Origin: the human T2T-CHM13v2.0 reference genome, Homo sapiens
DNA length: 64,000 nt
Direction: 5' to 3'
Assembly: GCA_009914755.4 (NCBI GenBank)
Contig: CP068257.2
Coordinates: 25,280,001-25,344,000, forward strand
Under the pieces are notes generated by a model. That model was not told the DNA's origin, did no database searches, and saw only the letters and a list, made by a program, of their open reading frames with translations. The position numbers and the translations under genes are program-made. Positions 55,305 through 64,000 of this stretch are shown one piece after another (within the stretch, counting starts at the first letter, position 1; every line of letters starts with the position of its first letter).

Positions 55305-57730
55305 GGTAGTTACAAATGGTATTGGTTGCTTTTAACTTGAGGGAAGAATCAATGACTCTCATCTTTCCCATCACATAATGTAATATTTGACCCTTAGGAT
55401 TAGTGTATATGGTATTCACATTTTCAATCTCTGAGAGGTTTCCTGAAGAACTTAGATGGATAGTACATAGCAATTCATAATTTGAAATGTGATCAGCCTA
55501 TGCAGTTGCATGGCATTTCTTGTTCTGCGTTTTGTTGGTTTGTTTGTCTTGGTTTGAATACTCATTGTTACATAGCAAGCAGCTAAGGTAAAGAGATTAA
55601 AGCAAAAGCTGAAGCCACAACTCTGTTTCTTTTAGAGAAATGCTCCTCCTAAAAAGGTTAGCTATTATTGTTGGTGGTGGAAGTGATGAGAACATAAATA
55701 AGTGCAAGACAGTTGTGTTTTAAGACAGAAAGTAGAACAGATAGATTTAAAAAGGGAATTCAGTAATGGCTCAAATCTACCAAGGGAATAATCTCAATTA
55801 TGCTGCCCTCAGGTAGAGGAAAAGGTGGTAGATGAGATAGCCCCTTCCAGGCAGTTCATCCGTTGCAGAATTCACTCATCAATAAATGCTTGGGAGAAGT
55901 TGTAAAATGGTCAAATGTGTTATTACACACAAAACAACACATCTGTGAGTTTCCATTAAAATGAGGTTGAAGAAAGGGAGTCAAGAGTGCAAACATTTCA
56001 ACAAAGCTACAGGTGGTGAAGGCAAGTTGTAGGCAGCTAAACTAGGCACACCTGTAGTAAATGTTGCTTTTAAACTTCCAGAAACATTTTATAGTTTTTG
56101 CCACATGTGAGGTCAACAAATGCATTGTTTGACTTACTGCCCCACTTGTGTTCTCTTGACGGGAAGAAACTCCTAGAAGAGAAATAATATGTTTAATAAA
56201 GAAAATACTGGCCTATGTTAGAAGAAAATACTTTCCCAAATATTCATCCATGAGATGGGTAAGAAAACACGATGATTTAAGGAAGCCAAGGATAAATTGA
56301 CTCATCTACTTTTGTGGCAATGCAGCATATTTTGGGATTAAGACTCACTTGTTTTCCTGTTCTGCCATTTCCCAGTATTAAGGAACTTGAATAGGAACTG
56401 GCTGAATGTTTATTGACATTCCATTAAAAAGAGCATAAGACACAGCCAGATTTTTTTTTCCTTCAAAAATGTCCACAAGTACATTGAGCTAAGGTGGTAT
56501 TTTAAAACGTGGGTTCTCAGTATTTTCTTGACATATCTGTAAGAGTAGGAGAGCGTACTTTCTCTTTCTTTGTATGTCTATTGACCAAGGAAAAACAAAC
56601 TTCCATACTCTAGAAAGCGGTGAATCTCAAATATTTTGGGGCCCTTTTATCCCTTTAAAAATTCTCAAAAACCTACAAAACGTTTGTTTATGTAGGTTAT
56701 ATCTACTAATATTTACCACAATAGAAATTACAACTAAAAAAAGAAATATTTGTTAATAACAATACCACAACTATGATATGCTAACGTAGGTAACATTTTT
56801 ATGATAAGGAATCATATTCTCCAAAACAAAAAAAAATAGTGAAACAAATGGTGTTGTTTTATATATTGACAAGTTTCTTTAAAGAAGATAGCTGGATTCT
56901 AATATCTTGTCCTGTATTTAATCATTTTAACATCACATGTACCCTCCAGGAAACTCCACTGTAATATCTCTGTATTATTATAAGAACTTTTTTTTTTTTT
57001 TTAATCTTGGGGCTTTCCTGAAAAAGCTTCACAAATCTTGCTCTAGAAACTCGCTACTCAAAACCAGCATCTGCATGACCTAGAGCTGGTAAGAAATGCA
57101 AAATCTCAGGTTAGACCCCAGACCTACTGGATTTGCAGTTTCACACAACTTCCAGATAATTATCGTATGCATTAGTAAATAGAAGGATGCTGTTACTTTG
57201 TTTTCATTGCTTACTGACTTCTCCCCAGGGAAAAAGTGGATCAACTTTTTCCACTTCGGTGACATGATTGGTGGAATGAAAAGGTAGACAAATGTTGGCC
57301 TACATTTCCCAGTTGAATGTAATTAATTTGGCAAAAATCACTGGGTGTATGTGGCCTTTTTGTGTGTTGAGGTGGTTGGAGGGTGGGATGGATCCTCTGT
57401 GCTTAAAGTTTCATGTAGCAAACCTGCTAAATGTCGTGCTCTTCCCATAGCAGGTCCCAAGGCTAACCAAGGAAGTCAGAAGGATAGAGAATCAAGTTAA
57501 AGCACCATCCTTCAATTAAGCTTTACCAATTATATTTTGATCTGTATCCTGTTTCTAAGCTGGTTCAGAAAGGGAGAAGACTGTGATAATTTACTATTCC
57601 CACATATCTCTAAACCTAGCAAATGTCTTCCGCACAATGCCTAGCCCAGTCAGTGCATGTACCCATTATGTGTTGCTGCTGCTATTGGATGTAGAAAAAT
57701 AGACTAGAACTTAATATTGGTTCAATTATT

Positions 57731-58027
57731 CTTTTTCTTTTTTTCTGAGACAAGGTCTCACTCTGTTACTCAGGGTGGTGTGTAGTGGTGCAATTACAGT
57801 TCACTGCAGCTTTGACTCCTGGGCTCAAGCGATCCTCCCACCTTAGCCTACAGAATAGCTGGGACTACAAGCACATGCCACCACATCTGCCTATTTTTTT
57901 TTATTTTGTTGTAGAGATGGGGTCTCATTATGTTGCCCCAGGCTGGTTTGGAACTCCTAGGCTCAAGTGATCTTCCTGCCTTGGACTCCCAAAGTGCTGA
58001 GATTTAGGTGCAAGCCACGGTACCCAG
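57731..58027 (-). mobile_element. Alu, intergenic upstream of ADAMTS5
   Basis: T-rich head then gagacaaggtctcactctgttactcagggtggtgtgtagtgg...gctgggactacaagcacatgccaccac...gtagagatggggtctcattatgttgccccaggctgg...caagccacggtacccag. Confidence 0.85.
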
Positions 58028-58980
58028 ACCAATTATTCTTTTACTTTGAAAAAAATAGACTGTAAATATTTTTACAAGATTAGATATTAACAGCTAGGAT
58101 CCACAAAGCACATAAAGTTTATACTTTTACACCTAAGTTACAATTAAAAATATATAAACTTACATTTTAAATTTATATTTATGCATGTTTACATCCCTCT
58201 ACTCAAGCATGCAGTGAATATGGGTAACATAAAATATGAAAAGAGAAAAATAGAAAAACGCATTCTCTAAAGCCTATCTCTTTAGATCAGAAACAGAAAC
58301 TCAAAGTTTTGAGATGAGAGGCTTTCTGGACTCTGCGATAAGCAGGCAATGGCATCTAAGTGTTTGGCCCCTGTGTGCTAATAGAGGCAAAAAAAAAAAA
58401 AATAATAAAAAATAAAAAAAACCCAACTATATCACAATAAATGGAGACCTAAAGTCTGTCTCATTAGTTAAAGCTCAAACTTAAATCTTACTACTGATCC
58501 CTAGATTATGGTAGCAGGCTTAGGAAAATGGCAACTAACTGTTACCTGCAACAATGTTTTGTAGCAAGCTATGGTCCGGGTCAGTAACAGAACCAAGCTC
58601 GGAAACCATAAACTGAACCAAGAAACCTGGTGGACTAGTGAATACTTCTGTGATATCCCTAGTGTCTCCTCTGGCAGGAGCGCTGAAATCATGAAGTGTT
58701 AGGCTGTTAGAGCTAGTGACTGCTAAACAGAGATGGGTAAGTACAGAGGAAAATTTTAAAAAAATTCCCATCTAAGTGCACAAATGATATTACACAGAAA
58801 TCAAATGCTAAAATTACAGCCAACAAAATCAAAATTCAAAATATAAATATAATTTCAGTGGAGGTTGACAAAAATTTTAAGTGAAGTTTCTGAGGATGTT
58901 TGAAGAGATAAATGAAGAAATAAGTTTGATTAAAAAGAATAGAATATTTGGTAAAATGAAGGTAAAATATAAAGTAAGAG

Positions 58981-59335
<355 letters not shown>

Positions 59336-61778
59336 TTAAAAAACATAAAACTATTTTAATGGATTCCGTAAATGGTGCATACATTTGAAGGGAATTAGTG
59401 ATTTGGAGGAAGGTACCTTCATCTAAAGTTCTTCATAATAGAGACACAAAAGGCCAGGTAAATGGTGTATAGGTTAATAAGGAGGGTAGCAATAGAATAA
59501 GGGAATGAAAGGAATGATAGAAAAGCATATATGAATAGAAAATATTTGATAATTTTCCAGAATTCATTAGATCAAAACTTTACTCTGAATGAAAAATGAA
59601 TAAAAATAATTTTAATTTAGACTCATCGTGTTGAATTTTACTAACAAGAGGGATAATTCATTTATCTTAATGGTTTCTAGATTGAGGAGAAATCCAAATT
59701 AATACATTTTAGGCAAATTTTTTTATCAGCAAAAGTAGATAACAGAAAACAGTATATTCATATCTTTAAAGGACTGAAAATTTAAACTTAAATTTTTATA
59801 CCCAGCTATATTATTTTTCAAAAATGAAGACAAAATATTCTTTAAACATTTTTCAGAACTAAGAAATTTTACTATCAATTAATAGGCCTTTATAAAGGAA
59901 TTGTTAAAAAATAAAATTTAGCAAGAAGGAAGGCCAGCACAGAGGGAAGATGATGAATGCAAAATTGATAAAATATGTTGATAAATATATTGAATTTTGA
60001 TATAGAGGTAAAACAGCCCAGCTTGTGTGCTTTTTCTTATTTTGTTCAAGGTAATAAGATGGGAGAAATTATGAGCTTTAATATAGAAGCTATCCTGAAA
60101 AAGCTTCTAATGGCCAAAGATGGAACAATTTGAAGAGCAAAATAAATGACGTAGTGTAGGATTGTAACTCAAAGCAAAAAATAAATAAACATCTATAAGT
60201 CCATATTGATATGAACACATTATTAAACAAATAAAAGAAAGAAAAGATACAAATCTTCCATACAGAAGAATACTACATAACATGTTAACACTCCCTTTCT
60301 TAAGGAGTTAGTGCTTAGCTCTCTGTCTCTTGAAAATGGGTTACACTTAATAACCTGCTTCCAATGAATACAGTGTGGAAGGGGAGAAAAGTGTCTTCAC
60401 AATAGAAAAATCCTGCCAACACTACCTTGCCAGGGGATCGAGATTAACTACATCACTGATAATTAATGTGGATAGTATGTAACTGTCATATGATATGATG
60501 AAAATGACACTTCATCTCTACTGTCTTCCTTTTTAAAAACTTTAGTCAAATCATGAGAAAACCACACTGAGAAAATGGGGGGAGAGGGGGGCTAATGTTG
60601 CTGGAAATTTAGGAAGGAATAAAAAGAGGGGAGAGTTATGAGGGGCCCAGAAGGCTTTTTAGTGAAATTGAAATGTAAATATACGAAAATAAAATGAGGG
60701 AAAATGAAGGCCAGATTCAGATCCAACTGGACGGACAGAAAGAACTAGTGAGCTTTTAAAGCTTTAACAATGAAAAGAGACAGAAAATTGTCAAGTAATG
60801 TGTGGCAATATCCAGACAGGATTTAACTTTAAAAAGTGAGAACTCCTGGACAAGTTGAAGGGAAAGAGAAACAGATTTTGTGAATGGTGATGCTGTTTTG
60901 GAAAATTTGGTTTTCTAAACCAAGTTTGAGTGCCTATACCATGGGACAGAACTCAGGCTAAGTAGGTAGGATAAGGCTCCCTCGTTTATGATTTATACAT
61001 GACGTTGATGGGAAATGGTTCCCTTTTTTAATTTCTATTTTTTAAGAGCAATCCATCATCTACAATGTTGTATAGAAGGCAAGTCTACATAATCTAAACA
61101 TAGGGTGGCCATAGGAGTCTCAGATTCCAGATCTCAGTTTTCTCCAAAGAGGAGGCTTGGAAGAGAAGATTTTACCAGATACAGGTGTGGTAAGAGGGAA
61201 TTCCTAGAAAGTACTGAAAGCAAGAGTTGAGGACTATGTACTTTGCATCAAAGGGATCACTCTTAAATGAATTTTCTCATGCTCTAGTAAATTCAATGAG
61301 GCACTTGTCTTAACTACAGGTGGTTCCCACTTACGGCAATTTGACTTATAATGAGTCATAGGCTCAGTGCTCTGCCAGTTACTCAGAGCCCTGGCAGAAG
61401 GCCACACACAGCTACATCATTGGCACTGTCTTCTTTCTGACAGGCACCAATATTTAAGACCCTTTTGCCTGGGTCCTTGACTTTAGATGACCTCTTAAAA
61501 GCCTTGCAGCTTCCTCGGTGTGGGTTCTCTATGGTACTTGTTTTCAAACATTCCTGCTAACAATCAATAATAACAATGTAGAATATATTATGTAAAGCTT
61601 TGCTACTTACCCTTGTGGACATATTCTTTCATTCTGTACTAACATCAATAGCCAAGTATCTATTGAGCACTTACTATGTGACAGTCACTATAGCAGTCAC
61701 TTTAAATAGATGAGTGTATTTAATCCCCTAAGAGACCTATGAGGAGGACATTATTAATTGTATTTTGCTTAAAAATGC

Positions 61779-62148
61779 TGATATGGTTTGGCTGTGTCCT
61801 CACCCAAATCTCATTTTGAAATGTAGCTCCTCTAATCCCCACGTGTCGTGGGAGGAACCCAGTTGGTGGTAATTAAATCATGGAGGCAGTTACCCCCATG
61901 CTGTTCTCGCGATAGTGAGTGAGTTCTTATGAGATCTGATGGTTTTATAAGAGGCTTTTCCCGCTTTGCTCGGCGTTTTTCTCTCCTGCCACCGTGTGAA
62001 GAAGGTGTTTCCTTCCGCTCCACCATGATTGTAAGTTTCCTGAGGCCTCCCCAGCCATGAAGAACTGTGAGTGAATGAAACCTCTTTTCTTTATAAATTA
62101 CGCAGTCTTGGGCAGTTCTTTATAGCAGCATGAGAAATGACTAATACA
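61779..62148 (+). mobile_element. MaLR LTR, THE1/MST-type, second copy in the same orientation
   Basis: tgatatggtttggctgtgtcctcacccaaatctcattttgaaatgtagctcctctaatccccacgtgtcgtgggaggaacccagttggtggtaattaaatcatggaggcag...ctttataaattacgcagtcttgggcagttctttatagcagcatgagaaatgactaataca. Confidence 0.8.
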
Positions 62149-64000
62149 GGGAAATTTAGGTTTGAAAATGATGTCTGACTTGGGTAAAGGCAAAGAGCTG
62201 GTATGTGGGAGAGCTGGGACTAATATCTAAGTTTCCTGATTCCAAATACAGTTCCTTTTTTACTGTACAATTTTGCTCCTCCTCAGGAAGACCCTTTATT
62301 GTTAATTTTCAGCTACAAGTCCTTCTACCAGTTATACTTTCAATCATATTTGTGTGTCTTATTATTGCATTTGTTCAAGTATATTAGCTTCTATGTATGT
62401 AAAAACCTTTATACCATACAGTGTATAAGTTTATGCTTTAATGACAAATAATTTTGATAGGCTGTGATTATTTCATTTACAAATTGAGCACCAGGCTGTT
62501 GATTAGGAAATAATCCCTTATTATGACATTGTACCTGTAAGAAAACTAAAGTCGACTTGAGTCATTTCATTTATAGCTTGAGTAATTAGCTTTACATTCA
62601 AGCACTGTCTTAGAATGATCTAGGAAAAGAATAGAGGGCAAGGTCTGAAAGAGAAATATCATCTTCACTTTTGATTCTTGGGTATAGACAGTATGACATT
62701 AACTTGAAAGAGACTAAGACATCTAGCTATTTTCTTGTACTTTGAAACTGCCCTCATCAAGGACAACTCTTAATTCTGATAGGGTATCATTCTGAGGTGT
62801 GAGTGGGCTGTATTTTGAGTTCAGCTTACTGTTCACCAAAAATTCTCAGAGATTCTTATTACCTTGGTGAATTTTCATGGTCTAAGGTCTGGTCATTAGC
62901 CTTGAAGATAAGAAACTGGGCCTTTCATCTCCCCAGCTCACCCACTGTTTTTCTGCTGACAACCCTCCTTGATATGCACTTTCTTTGGCATATTAAATTT
63001 GCTGATAAAGTCAGCAGCTCCTTTAGTCCTGGAAAACATTTTTGTACCCTCTCATTTTGTGTTGAGTCCAATAACCAGCAGGGGATAACCTTTTATCCTG
63101 GCTAGTAGTAAGATGTAATATATATAAACATAGAAATGTATGTGCTTCTCCCTTTCCCCACCACTGAGTTCTTTCTTTTTAAAAACCCTTAAAATATTTT
63201 CAAAAATAGAATAAATTACAAAAGAAATTGTTTATCTTAAAGAGTCAGTAGTAAATTTTGAGATATGTAACATGGAAAAAAGTTGAGGAAAACATGGTAA
63301 TTACCTATAATAACACTTTAGTTGTTAAGCAATGATAGTTTTTACATATTTTTTCCAGCCTTCAATTTTACAATTTTGTTAATTGTATTTTTTATCACCT
63401 AGAATTTAAAAAAGGCTAAAAGGCTTAAAGTGAACAAATAATGTCCCCAGGCACCTCCAGACCCACTAGTTTTATTCCTCAGAAGTAACATTTCCATTTT
63501 CAAAGTGTTTTAGCTATTTCTTTTGATATTTATTTTCATATTATGAGGTGTATGTTAATAATGTGCTTTCTTTATCAGTTTTAGTCATCACCCAGTTACT
63601 TCTCACAGTAGCCAAAGACTGATCTTATATACCCTTCCCACTCGTTTCTTTTCCCTATATATACCCAATATAGATAAATAAAATGTTTGGGAAAAAACAG
63701 TAGTGTGCAGAAGTCCTGTTTTTTCAATAACAAGGAGCAAGGGTACTAGTTGAGAGTGAAGGAAATTCGAGGTCTGAGGTAAGAGGAGAATAAGAGGAAG
63801 GATGGTCTGGGAGTAAGAGAATAAATTGGTTAATGATTCATTTCAGTATGTTCTTGAGAAAGAAAGACAATTAATACATGTGATCAATCTCATATGCTTA
63901 AAGAACAACAAAAATCACAAAAATTTATTCACAAAACATGCATATAATTAAATGTTATGAGTTTTTATTTAGCTTAAATATGATGGTCAATGGTATACCA

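Overview
This window is primate genomic DNA with the hallmarks of human: twelve Alu elements, THE1/MST-type MaLR LTRs, microsatellites, and a multi-exon GT-AG gene. It is not a prokaryotic or phage locus. The dominant feature is the complete coding region of ADAMTS5 (aggrecanase-2, 930 aa), on the minus strand in 8 coding exons. I identified the gene from memory of the ADAMTS5 protein sequence, not from a database search; every exon boundary was read from the sequence. Exon 1 is 1104 nt of CDS (43675..44778) and the stop codon sits at 2470..2472. All seven introns have canonical GT..AG ends with consistent phases, and the exon lengths sum to 2793 nt, which is 930 codons plus the stop. The 3' UTR runs off the left edge of the window. 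A 2.8-kb CpG island (about 43600..46350) covers exon 1 and the promoter. It contains a TATAAAT motif roughly 720 bp upstream of the ATG and a G18 homopolymer (C18 in mRNA sense). The region 46400..64000 is repeat-rich intergenic DNA upstream of the gene, containing two MaLR LTRs, two Alus and a 30-bp-period minisatellite. The supplied six-frame ORF track uses bacterial alternative start codons and is almost entirely noise here; its ORFs fall in Alus, simple repeats or GC-rich antisense frames. I found no novel biological system. The things worth a second look are structural: inverted Alu pairs flanking exon 6 and inside introns 2 and 3, a perfect 32-bp hairpin in intron 2, a 160-bp polypyrimidine mirror repeat in intron 7, the G18 tract in the putative 5' UTR with a possible uORF, and a miR-140-5p 8-mer match in the 3' UTR.
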